From Owenia fusiformis (Eukaryota), in assembly GCA_903813345.2 (NCBI GenBank), contig CAIIXF020000001.1, positions 38,006,001-38,070,000 of the forward strand: 64,000 nucleotides of DNA. The letters run 5' to 3'. Below are positions 14,541 to 26,001 of this stretch, one piece after another. Both the position numbers and the translations under genes were made by a program. The number at the start of each line of letters is the position of its first letter. Position 1 is the first letter of the stretch. The notes below the pieces were generated by a model. The model was not told the DNA's origin. It did not search any database and was given only the letters and a program-made list of their open reading frames with translations.

Positions 14541-14550
14541 CAAGATGGCG
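14541..14550 (+). promoter_or_regulatory. YY1-type motif overlapping the ZC2HC1A start codon
   Basis: CAAGATGGCG matches the AAGATGGCG motif common at starts of animal housekeeping genes. Confidence 0.45.
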
Positions 14551-14560
14551 GAATACGAAG
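14545..14560 (+). CDS. ZC2HC1A: ZC2HC1A coding exon 1 (MAEYE)
   Basis: CAAGATGGCG start context; GAAG|GTAAAA donor; phase 1 matches the acceptor at 17030. Confidence 0.75.
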
Positions 14561-17500
14561 GTAAAATATTTCAACTATTTTGTCAAATTATGAAGTATTC
14601 ATAGAACTCATCGTGTATATTGTGATAGTAATATTGGCGGTTGTATATAAAGTATAATTTAAAGAACATTTTTGGAATAGAATGACAAAAAGAAATCAGT
14701 AGTCTAGGCTAACTAACTTTACCCACAACATTTTAGAAATCGGGTCTAAAATTTAGCCTAGCTGAGTAGCTCTAGGCGAACTCCCGTGCAGTGATATATC
14801 ACTGCTGCAGGTATCTCACCGTAAGCATGGTAACGTCGTAATAAACAACTGACGTGATTGGTTCTAGTCCCATGCTCAGGTCGCGTGATTGTAAAATTTA
14901 CTACTTTTTTCAAGGCCTGACTGCGTCGCTAACATGCTAAATATAAGAGTTACAGTTCGGGACATAAATAAATGACAGGAAGATTTGCTGAAGTGAGAAT
15001 TTCCCATGTTAAAAATGAGAGAATTTTCAAGAGGCCATACATCAGTGGATGAGATTATACAAAATGTGAAATATACAAATTTTAAGGGATATGTGTCTAG
15101 ACAATATTGGAAATTATGGGCTTTCAGACGACCATAATTAGGAAATGGTGATCGAAAATCGACCTGTCATTTATTTTTGTCCCCAACTGTAGCTGACGTT
15201 TGGGAGTCTGACTTACCTTCTAAAGGTTAGAACCCGAATCTTAATGAAACCATATCACCTTTGTTGCATCGATGATGATGCATAAACATAGCATTTGATA
15301 GAAATTAGCGTAAATGCTTTTCCGACTTTTTCATTTTTCATCAATGTTGACTTCCGGGAAGGCGTTGTAGTTATCACGAAATAACGCATTGACCCTTGAA
15401 CTTTACTTTGTTGACGTGTCAACCAAGCATGTCTGGTGTGAAAATTAAAAGAATATTAAGCAATGTTCTACATCCGCCAAGCTAAGTGAAGTAGTCAATA
15501 TTTAAAATTACCAATTTCAAGTGAAGTACGCAACGAACGAAACTGCGTGATCTACACTCCCACTATTGGTCTGAATGAAATGCTACGTAGAAATATGAGC
15601 CGTCTGCTGTATTAGTCGATTAATAGAGTAAGACCTGTTGGTGATGCTTTATAATTTAGACCAAAACATTGAAGAACAAACGAACCTGTAAATCGTGAAA
15701 ACAACGAACAAATTTTCGGTTTTCACATATGTTCGGTAATTTTTCGTATTGAAACTTCCGGAACTTACAAGGAAATCATTCATTTCCTCGATCCATGATT
15801 TACCTCTTGGATGTTGTGGCAAATGCTCCATGGTTGACGGAACAAATTTGATATGGTTTCATTAAGATTCGGGTTCTAACCTTTAGAAGGTAAGTCAGAC
15901 TCCCAAACGTCAGCTAACTCTTATATTTAGCATGTTAGCGACGAAGTCAGGCCTTGAAAAAAGTAGTAGACAATTTCATTGATTGAATTGCGCGTATTAA
16001 CTAATAAACAACACGTGCGGTAAACTATTACCAACACAACTTTTACTCAGAATTCCTTCCACGGTGATTTCTTCTCATATTTCAATAATTTTGAAATATT
16101 TTGACAAAATAATGTTTGGGGAACATTTATGGATACATATTTCATAAGTTGTGTGAAAATTGACCACATATATGATGAAAAGGGGAACTATTTTTCTACA
16201 AATTTTGAGGATTTTCTTCATCTGCCCGCCGCAGTGTCTATACCGAGACACTGCATGGGAGTTCGAGCTCTAGGCCTAGGCTTAGTCAATCTTTTTCCTG
16301 TAGTCTGCCTGTACTAACGATTACAACATGGGAGAATAAATTATCCACGTCTCTTACATATGAAATACTTACCTCAATAAATTTTAGGATTCTTTTTCTG
16401 AAGTTGAATCCCCAATCGTAGTGTTCCTACCAAAACGGATTTGCCTACATACCCCTGAGACTCTAATCTGATAGATAGAATGCACAAATAAAACAAAAGT
16501 TTTGCTATTTTAGGTAAAAAGTTCTCTAAATTTTTGAAGTGATTTTACCTGTTAATTCTGTCATTGGTCCGCCATTTTGCGGAAGTTACACTGAAACACA
16601 AACTCCATGAAACGAAATCACTAGAAAAAAACATGGCACACATCGTGCATATGCGCATTAATGTTAAAACCAATCAGATTATTTGATTCTTTTGCGTACA
16701 TGAATTATTTGCTTCTGAGCACTTACCATTAAAAGCTAACCACAATAAACAAACCTAGCGGAGATTAGCCTTACTTCATTTTAGCGAAATTTCAGCTCAA
16801 ACTCGTGACAAATGCATTATGCATACGCTGGTATAAAGCCTTAGAGACACTCATTTTGGTAAATTTGATTTACGGTGTATACTTTTCTGCAGTTTGTGGG
16901 AGTTTGGGACATTAAATGTTAAAATTCAAGAAAATATGCCATCTATACGACTTATCAATTAATTTGTATCAGCATTGTATATGATTGTTCAGATGTACAT
17001 ACAGCCTTAAAGCATTGATTTATTTGCAGCATTTAGAGGTGAATCTGTTGTTGATGATAGAGTGCCATGCTCAATATGTAGCAGGAAGTTTATGCCAGAA
17101 TCACTAGTAAGTCTGATACAGAAACTGGAATATGAAATCTGCTATATTAAGATTTCTTTGATTCTAATGTAACTATATAGTTGCCTGTCATACTCATACG
17201 GATTAGAATTCTAAGCTAACATAGTTAGTGGTAGCCATTAGGTAAATCATATCGCTGAAGGCAAAGGGGAGAAAAAGCCCTGTTTGGCAATATTTTGGCT
17301 ATCCCATGATTTGGGATTTATGTCGAGAGAGGCCAGATTTGTTGCAAGCTATTTATATTTATTTCACCCTATGTAGACAGAGCCTGTGGGAAATATTGGG
17401 TGCGGAGCAAATGAGCGGAGGGTGCGGAGCTAACGGTCATTTTTGAATTTAAATTTGGGATATTTTTGAAACTAAGCCATTTTGGGACTTCAAATATACC

Positions 17501-20500
17501 AAGATATGTGTATTTGACACCAAATATCAATACAATTGTGAAAATAGTAGCGCAATTCATTCTATAGCGACGCAGTGTGTCTTAAACCTTTCCCAGACCT
17601 ATATATTTTGAAATTGTCCTTTTAATACTGAGTCCCCAGCATTCATAAAAAATGGTGTTCAAGGTACAATATCTATACAAATTATTTTTGCATCTTGGAA
17701 GCCAGGCAGTATCTGTGTGATTTTATAAAAATTCGGAAATGTTTTTCAGATATGAGCCCCCTCTAAATATTGGGTGCGGAGGAGCTCCATAAACGTACCT
17801 CCGCACCCAATATTTAGAGGGGGCTCATATCTGAAGAACATTTCCAAATTTTTATAAAATCACACAGATACTGCCTGGCTTGCAAGATGCAAAAATAATT
17901 TGCATGGGAAGTGTATCTTGAACACCATTTTTTATAAATGCTGGGGACGCAGTATTAAAAGGATAGTCTCAAAATATATAGGTCTGGGAAATGTTTAAGG
18001 CATACTGCGTTGCTATAAAATGAATTGCACTACTATTTTCACAATTTTATTGATATTTGGTGTCAAATACACATATCTTGGTATATTTGAAGTCCCAAAA
18101 CGGCTTAGTTTCAGAAATATCCCAATTTTAAATTCAAAAATGACCGTTAGCTCCGCACCCTCCGCTCATTTGCGCCGCACCCAATATTTCCCACAGGCTC
18201 TGTCTGCATAGAGTGTATTTTATATTTGTCATCTTGTACAAGTGAGAAGCATGAGTAAAATCCGGGGTAAAATCATGCTACATTTCAAGTTATACCTAGG
18301 AAACATCTGAGACTCAAATGTATTTTTAATTAATCTAATGTACCCATTTACAGTTTCTGACCCAATCCGAAAGGGTTCCATTCCGAGGCCTTACATTCCG
18401 AACAGAACCTTTCAGAATTTTTTGTTCCATGATACCTCTATTGACTGTAAGCTGTTTAATGATTACATTGCAATATCATTTTAGGGCAAACATGAACCTA
18501 TCTGTGCCAAATCAAATGCCAAGAAGAGGAAGGTGTTTGACTCAGCTAAACATAGGGCTGCTGGAACTGATATAAAATTAGCAAAAGACAGACCAAAACC
18601 TGGAGCCATACAGGTAAATCATCAGAAGGTAAATGCTTTTATAGTTGCTTTTAGTCCAATCGTAATGGGCATTCTGTTGCTAGGGGAGATCAGAGGTCCT
18701 CAAATCAAAGTAGGGGTCTACAAATCATAAGGTATGTGAGTATTATTAAACTCAAATACATAAGGTACTGTATTCGTCTTTGAGTTAGTGCAACTTAAAG
18801 AAACGTTAAGCCCATATATTTTTAGGCTGCTATACTTAATGCACACTGCTTACTTAATAATGTTAAGACTCATTTTATTCCAGATATCATACTTAGGAGA
18901 ACATATGCATTTTTCACTGGGATGAAATCATTAAACTCAAATCATGATCAATTGCATGTCTTTTATAGCTTCAATAATATTAATGGTATAAATGAATCAA
19001 TAATTTCCCTACTCAATGTCAAGTATATTGGCTTTACAAGTAAAGGATCAAAATAAGTGATAAGATCCCAGAAAATTTCATGCATAGGAGCTTCAAAAAC
19101 AAGTTGAGAAATTCATGAACTTCTGAGCCCATGAGATTTTCTGATTTGCTGTATGTGAATTGTCCCATGAAATGTGCATGTATATTTCAGCCAGCTGCAG
19201 CGCCCAAGTCTAATTGGCGTGAAGAACACGAGGACTTCATCAGAAACATCAGGGCTGCCAGGGGAGCCCAACATGCCATGAAAACAGGGGCTCCCTTACC
19301 ACCCCCTCCCCCAGCTAAAGTACCCAAAGGTATATTCATTTATCCACAGGTTTATCCTAGGTTTTCCTTGCATATATAGACCAAAAAGTCAGATTTGAAT
19401 TTAGTGCATTTTCTTCTTAATCTTGGGCACATTTTTGGCTCTGTAGCACAATTTTAAGTTTTGTGATAAGACCGGTTTCCTATGGCCAGGCTCAATTACT
19501 GGGGAAAGCCAATAGTTCATGTACATAAATGTACTGTGGAAATAGGTTTGACAAAATTATTGACTCAAAAATAGATTAAAATAGTTGCTTACATGTTTGA
19601 AAACAAACAAACTTCTTTTCTAATTTGAAACTAAATTAGAATAGTTTCCTGCATGTCCTACATCTTTGAATTTTAATGCTACAATGTTACAAACTTGTAT
19701 ATACTATTATTGCATCTTTTTAGGAACATTTTAACAAAACAGCCATTTGTACTATTTTCTTCCAGATTATGTACATTGTGACTACTGTGATCGAAACTTT
19801 AATGCCACAGCTGCCGAACGACATATTCCATTCTGCCGGGAGAAGTCAGGTAGAGTTCTTAAGAATATGCCAACTGCAGATGCTAAAGCCAGAAGGGAAG
19901 CAACCCTAAAGGTTAGTCATGACAAGGATCGGCATATTGCTAAAAATTATACAAAAATCACAAATCAATGAATAGTTAATTGATGTTATGTCATTTTATG
20001 GAAGGAAACGTGTATATTAGACCATATAAAATAGATGGCATAATACAAGTTGCCAGCATTATCAGTTATACTATTCTGTAACAAATTGTCACAAATACCA
20101 GTGTATAAAATTCACCCGAAAACGTTATTATTTCCAAGGGATTATTTAAGTTTATTATAAATTGCCTGTATAGAAAAGAAAAAATTGACTGAGATTATTT
20201 ACTTTTTATGCTGATATATCCAGATGGGACTACTAGAGAGTAGAGACCCAAGTTATACAGACAACTGTAATATGTTGTCATGATCTTTCAGTATAAAGCA
20301 CCCAGGTTGAAGCCAAAAACTATGAGCCCCTCTGGAGGTATGAGTGGTCCAGGAGGGGGTTATGGAGACCCAGGGTCTACTATGCCAGCTAGATCTGCAC
20401 CCCGGGGGCGTAAGTATACATTAATGATTATTAAGCAGGCCCTGTAGCCAGCTTATGACAAGGGGGTTCACTTTTCAAAAGATTCTTGTGGGTTAATATG

Positions 20501-23500
20501 AGACAACTTTAGCCCAAAATCACTAGAGAGCTCTGAATGGTGAAAATCTGCATGATTTTGACCAAGGGAAGCACATTTTTGCTGCACAATCTTTGTTATT
20601 TTAACATCCATATATATAATACATCCTTAATTGTATTTGAACTTTGTTGTCTTTTTCATTTCTGTTGATACAGGCTGGAATGTTAATTGTCAGTATTATT
20701 GAACAAATATGTTAATAAATTGATTTATGATTACAAGTTGGTTTACTGAATGTTATTGTGGTATCACCATAGGGATATTATTAATCTACCTCATGTTGTT
20801 ATGCTAATTTAGACGCCCAACACAACTGCATATATTTGTCACCACAAGCTTATTTTAAAATTGTGATATGTGATTTGGATAGAGTATTTGTAGTCTTGTA
20901 ATTAATATTAGGTATAGTTCTAACATGTTTGATATTGAAGCAGTTTTATTGTTACATTGACCTTACTCAAACTGAACATTACATTGTGATTGATTTTAAA
21001 CAGCACTTATGTGTTAAATGCGGTGTTAAATGTATCAAATATGCTCTGCTCTTTCCGAATTGATAGCCAAACTACTCTCTGACAAGATACCAAAGAGGGG
21101 TCTATTTCTCCAAACTCCGTAAAGTTGCGAATCTGTAAAGTTACGATTTCTGAGAATTGAAAAAGTTACAAGAAAGATGTGGAGTTTTCAAATTGTATAT
21201 CCATATCGTAATTCTTCCGTAAACAGTTATGGACAGGGTCTGAGGGGCCATAAAGTTATGGAAAAAGAAAGCTATGACGTCATGAATAACGTAAACTTAC
21301 GGAAATCGCACAAAATCCCGTAAATCTATGAATTTTCGAGAAATGCACAATCTCCGTTAGTTTGAGAAAGAACAATTGACTTACGAATCTGTAACTTTAC
21401 GGATTTTGGAGAAATAGACCCCAGTAACATATGACCTAATTATTGACATAGAATTGTAATCTTGCTGCAATTTCTGATTGAAGAATCATCCAAAACTAAA
21501 AGAGTGGAGATGATTTAGCATATTGACACATTTAACAATTTACTTCACAATATGTAACATGTTAAATATGATGTGTGATGCCTAGTTTAACATGTATGCA
21601 CTGTATGTTCACAGCCTCAGCTAGCTCTAAGTATGGTGGCACAATTCCTAGCAAGAGCGCAACACCAGGTAACACATATAACAAAATATTAGAATATTCA
21701 AAAAAGTAGAACACCTTTGGTACCTAAACAGTGTTTCAGTTGGGAGGTGTTCCACTGACAGAGGTTCATTTTACTCAATGTAAATGATTAACATGACCTT
21801 GAAATTAGAGGTGTCACACCGACCCAAAGTTGACCTAAATCCTTACCAATTTTGGGTTGGGTCAGAACACTCAGGAAGTTCATAAATTCGGATTAGAAAT
21901 GTTTTACTGTATGTGATTAATGCAGTAAATCTATGAAGTGGAACACTTCTTGAAGTGGAACAGTTCCATAGAAGAATACTTCAAAATCCTGTTGCCCATA
22001 GACTCAATGTAAAATCAAACTACGTAATTGGAACACCCACTAAAATTAACACTATTTTAGAGTACCAACCTCATTCCACTTACATAGGTTTCACTGCAAT
22101 TTACAATTTATGAATATCTGAAATTGCTTCATGAAATAAAACATAGTACAGGTCTGTCCTTCTTGTAGCCAATCATCCATTCCCCATTTTTTATTAATTT
22201 ATGGGCTTTTAATCTCTACCTCGTAATAATAAGATTTTGATCATGTTCATTCCAATATTAATTCCATTGACAGGTGGGCGTGGCCCAACTACAGGGGGCC
22301 CTAGGCGGGTGACAGCAGCCCTATCTAGTAGTTCTAGTGGGCAGAGTTCACCTGCAGGGTATGATCCCTATGGAAAGGAGCCAGAGAGGTCATATACCAC
22401 AAATGCAGCAAGAACAAGGGCCATGCAATCCAGCAACAAATACCAGGTACTGTTAATAAATGGAATTTGGTACCCCACATGAATCGGTGGACATATTCAT
22501 ATTTATTTAAATTTTCATAGTCTTGCTTTGAGCTCCTTTACCCCCAATCCCTAATAATGTATACTTATAGTATATACTAAATCTTGTAGGCAAGTAATTA
22601 TGAGGATGATCCAGATCCTGGTTACAGCAGTGGAAAAGCATTGAGGACGGGCCGCAACCAGCAGACCCTATCAGCAGGCAAGAACCTCCATAGAGGCAAG
22701 CAAACACCCAACAGTCTCGAAATTCATGGGTCTGGAGGCTCGCGTGCGGGATCCTCAAGCTACAGGGGACAAGTTGAATCCCCAATAAGGTACAGTAATT
22801 GACTTTCCTGTTTGTTATCTACTTAAGTGTGTTCTAGACATATAGAAGGCATATTTAGCTTGTTGTAACAACTCATATGAGAGGCTGGAGTATGTGCTTG
22901 TCTTTTATATTTGTGATTTGTTGCCAAATAAAGCATGTAGAAAATAGTAGAACAGCTTAAAGTAGGTGTTTCTGGATCTATCATCCAATGATACTTGGGA
23001 AGGTTGTACTTATAGCCTATTTTACAGTATCTTAAAAAACATTCATGTTCATTTTCTGTCAACTTTTCCCTCATATTCATTATCACATTATGATATGATG
23101 TCATCGCCAAAGATTATTAACTATCGGATGTCTCCTGGTAAGATGATACATATGGGTACATGTGGTCAGTGGTCAGTTAGTACAACATATGGTATTATAT
23201 AAATGAGGTCATTACAAACTATTGACCTCAATTTGACCTATCAGAATCAAGTATTTAAAGTGAGGTATTTATAATTATATATAAAAGACAAATATAGTTT
23301 GAAATACAGATATGTGGAATAGTATGTTAATTCAGACTCATCCAATTGCCATTCAACTTAAAAGGTTTCTGTTTTCTAAGCTTTATTAGAAGTCTATAGA
23401 TCCAGACAGAAGTCTTGTATCTAGTCAGGCTTTTGTTTTACGTCATAGGCTGTAGTCAAGGTTACTAGCTTATGATAAAGTATATGCTGACTTTCATGGT

Positions 23501-24348
23501 AGTTGTTTCTAGGATTGTTATCTGTAGGCATTTTGTAGATTAAGGTTTGCATTTTTGATTTGTTTTTTGCTTATATTTTTTATTTAAGTTTGCTTGCTTT
23601 TTTATTTTAGTGATCGTGGGAGGTGAGTAATGACTTTTATAGTATAAATGAATTAAGTTATCGCCGCATTTAACATGTTTAGTTCAATATTTCGTCTCTG
23701 CATTGTTGTCTCTGCCTCCCTTCCTGACCACTTTTGTAAAACAGAAAGGGGAACATCGGGGAAGGGGGCACAGATTTAATTTACTTTAACATTGAATTAA
23801 AGATAGATTAAGTGTTATATAGTTATTATAGTGTACTGAATTATTTTATGTTAGTGTGGCAGATAAGGCCAACAAGTGGTTACATACTTGTTTGAAAGAA
23901 ATTTTCGGAAATCTTTCAAAGATCATGTTTTTTACACAACTGTATTCAAACAGAAAAATAATTGTTCAGATGATGTATGTGGACAGAGCCGAGACACAAA
24001 AATGCTTATCTGTCACCATGTAACACATCTATATGTAATTTAAGGCATGTTAGGTATTACAGTGCATGGGTTAAAAATTAGATATATTTTTACTACAGAA
24101 CATCATTGAGCCCGATGTATTCGCCAGAGAACACTCCTTCACCGCCAGCAGTTGGCAGACCCCATTCAGCGAAACATCGCGGTAGAATAATACACGAGCC
24201 CCATGTACAAACTGAAGAACATTTACCGTCTATGGGTCGAGTAGGCAGTGCTGCTAAATTCTGTCATGAATGTGGAACTAAGTTTCCAGTACCAACAGCT
24301 AAGTTCTGCTGTGAGTGTGGCGTGAAGAGGGTGAAGATTTCCCAATAG
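14545..24348 (+). CDS. ZC2HC1A: Zinc finger C2HC domain-containing protein 1A orthologue, ~433-437 aa, 10-11 coding exons
   Basis: Exons joined at GT-AG sites with consistent phases: 14545-14560, 17030-17106, 18485-18613, 19191-19329, 19766-19911, 20292-20409, 21615-21668, 22274-22446, 22590-22789, (23611-23622), 24099-24348. The translation has the family hallmarks as I recall them: [79 protein letters not shown], and C-terminal [26 protein letters not shown]. Confidence 0.93.
14901..15966. mobile_element. TA-flanked element with ~115-bp TIRs
   Basis: ctacttttttcaaggcctgact...gaaaccatatca is inverted at 15849-15966. The left TIR is split by a younger MITE. Confidence 0.8.
14953..15189. mobile_element. 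Tc1/mariner-type MITE
   Basis: TA|cagttcgggacataaataaatgacagg ... cctgtcatttatttttgtccccaactg|TA. Removing it restores the host TIR. Confidence 0.85.
17030..17106 (+). CDS. ZC2HC1A: ZC2HC1A exon 2 (first C2HC finger, N-terminal half)
   Basis: tttgcag|...CTA|gtaagt; encodes [26 protein letters not shown]. Confidence 0.88.
17370..18210. mobile_element. Foldback element: ~410-bp inverted arms with a ~15-nt loop
   Basis: Arms 17370-17782 and 17798-18210 are near-perfect reverse complements. The ORF track shows nearly the same 63-aa ORF on both strands. Confidence 0.9.
18485..18613 (+). CDS. ZC2HC1A: ZC2HC1A exon 3
   Basis: ttttag|[30 protein letters not shown]...IQ|gtaaat. Confidence 0.9.
19191..19329 (+). 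CDS. ZC2HC1A: ZC2HC1A exon 4
   Basis: tttcag|[25 protein letters not shown]...[10 protein letters not shown]|gtatat. Confidence 0.9.
19766..19911 (+). CDS. ZC2HC1A: ZC2HC1A exon 5 (second C2HC finger)
   Basis: ttccag|[27 protein letters not shown]...|gttagt. Confidence 0.92.
21097..21422. mobile_element. MITE with GGGG termini (PIF/Harbinger-like)
   Basis: ggggtctatttctccaaactccgtaaagtt / aactttacggattttggagaaatagacccc. Confidence 0.75.
23611..23622 (+). CDS. ZC2HC1A: Candidate 12-nt frame-preserving microexon of ZC2HC1A
   Basis: Long U-rich tract with TGC motifs, then ttttag|TGATCGTGGGAG|gtgagt. Symmetric phase 2, no stop (adds S-D-R-G). Confidence 0.6.
24099..24348 (+). CDS. ZC2HC1A: ZC2HC1A terminal coding exon (C-terminal double CxxC zinc ribbon)
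   Basis: ctacag| phase 2; ends [30 protein letters not shown] then TAG. Confidence 0.93.
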
Positions 24349-24785
24349 AGAATTATATTGAACAAAACCCATTTTTCAAGTACCATATTTGCTGAATTTA
24401 GTGCCCTGTTCTGTCATAAACACTGATGCCTCATCGTTCAAAGGTTTTGTGAGACCTCTTCTATCACAGGAAGGTCAGGAATTTTTGAAGACTTGAAATG
24501 CATACTCCCTACCCACATGGAGGGGTCTCACGCAATTTTTTAAATGGAAAATATTAGTATCATACCATTTCCACCCTCTGTAGGTTTAATTAGGTGTGGG
24601 CACTAATGCCTGGCACTAATTTACCAAATATGGTATATAGTATATCTATAACATACCTTACACATGACATTGAATAGGACACACATATTACGCAGGTTTT
24701 AAGGGCTTGTGACATCCGGGTGTGCCTGGGTGGGAGATCATATTTCAATTAATACAATATTGACCTTGACATTTTAAAGAAAGTA

Positions 24786-24955
24786 CAGGGTGACACAAAA
24801 ATGCCACCCTCCAATTTTGGAATAACTCTCTCAATAACTATCTACAAGTGCAACAATCTTTCATAATGAACGCTCTATCAAAACAAACAAAGTCATGAAG
24901 ATTCGCCAATTATTGATTCCAAATGGAATGGAAGATGGCTTTTTGTGTCACCCTG
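24786..24955. mobile_element. Tc1/mariner-type MITE
   Basis: TA|cagggtgacacaaaaa ... tttttgtgtcaccctg|TA. Confidence 0.8.
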
Positions 24956-25133
24956 TATATGACCATCACATAAATGACATGATAAATCTGTATGTGTCAT
25001 ATGAAGAACATAACTGTACTGTAATTGTCAAAATGGAAGGTTTTCATTGACTGTGGAATCTGTAGATACATTTATCTTATTATAGCCTCAATATATTTGC
25101 CAAATGCTAAAGATGTACCTTTAAACTCTTGTA

Positions 25134-26001
25134 CAGGGTAATACAAAAATGCGACCCTCTACTTTTGGAATAACTATAAATTGACCTTTTGCGATCAGAA
25201 TTCAGGAATTTTGTTTATGGATACTGTTGTCACGTATTTCGTCTTATTGGTATGACGTCATATAGAAATGATATTAGACATGATGGAATCACGAAATGAC
25301 AGACACGTGGCAGTTTTGAGCTAAAAATATTGTCGTTTCTTATATGAAAACCATGGGTCAGATATTTAACAGGTATGCCAATTTGACTAGATCATGAGTA
25401 TATCTATATATGTGCGAAGTTTGGGTGAAATTCATACTAAACATCGATGCCTTTAAGCGCCCCCCGTTTTTGTCAAAATCGGGGGGCGCTTAACTGCTAT
25501 CTAAATCATGTCAGTAAGACCTTAGACTTGGTATGTGCTTAGAATGAATGTTGATCTAGTCAAATCGAACGCTTTCGTGAAAAATAAATCAATAAAGCAC
25601 GAAATATAGAAGATAATCTCTCAAAATCAAGCATCTAAAGCTGGGTGACCTAATTGTGACGTCACTAAAAGATAGAATCCATTCGGTGATCGCAAATCAT
25701 CAATTATGATGGCATCTTTTCTTGTGAGAATTAAGTGCTTATTGCATGAAACAATGGTGTACTTATAAACCTCAATGACAAAAATTTCCAATTCAGAAAA
25801 TTACATTTTTGAATGTTCTGAACAAGTTTACAAAATAGCGTACTAGTATAGAAATGCTATTGCTGTAATTTAGACATTGATGCTTTTTTAGAAAATCCTG
25901 TTTCATTCATGGAGCACTCTATTCAAACTCAAAAATTCAAAATGATTTGATCAAAATTTATTTTAAAAGTTATTCCATGGTTGCATTTTTGTGTCACTCT
26001 G
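25134..26001. mobile_element. Related Tc1/mariner MITE with a nested insert (~25179-25705)
   Basis: TA|cagggtaatacaaaaatgc ... gcatttttgtgtcactctg|TA. Inner inverted ends aattga..ttttgcgatca / tgatcgcaaa..tcaatt. Confidence 0.7.

Larger units (their letters stand above)
14777..16265. mobile_element. Non-autonomous DNA transposon with 9-bp TSD (Mutator-like), carrying two nested elements
   Basis: TIR cgaactcccgtgcagtg / cactgcatgggagttcg; exact AGCTCTAGG duplication at 14768-14776 and 16266-16274. Confidence 0.75.

Noticed and set aside
16540..16590. Minus-strand TTCCGCAAAATGGCGG start-like motif with a nearby donor
   Set aside because: The ATG is followed by a stop after four codons; likely repeat-derived.
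17369..18211. Two near-identical 63-aa ORFs on opposite strands
   Set aside because: Mirror images produced by the palindromic element; no protein features.
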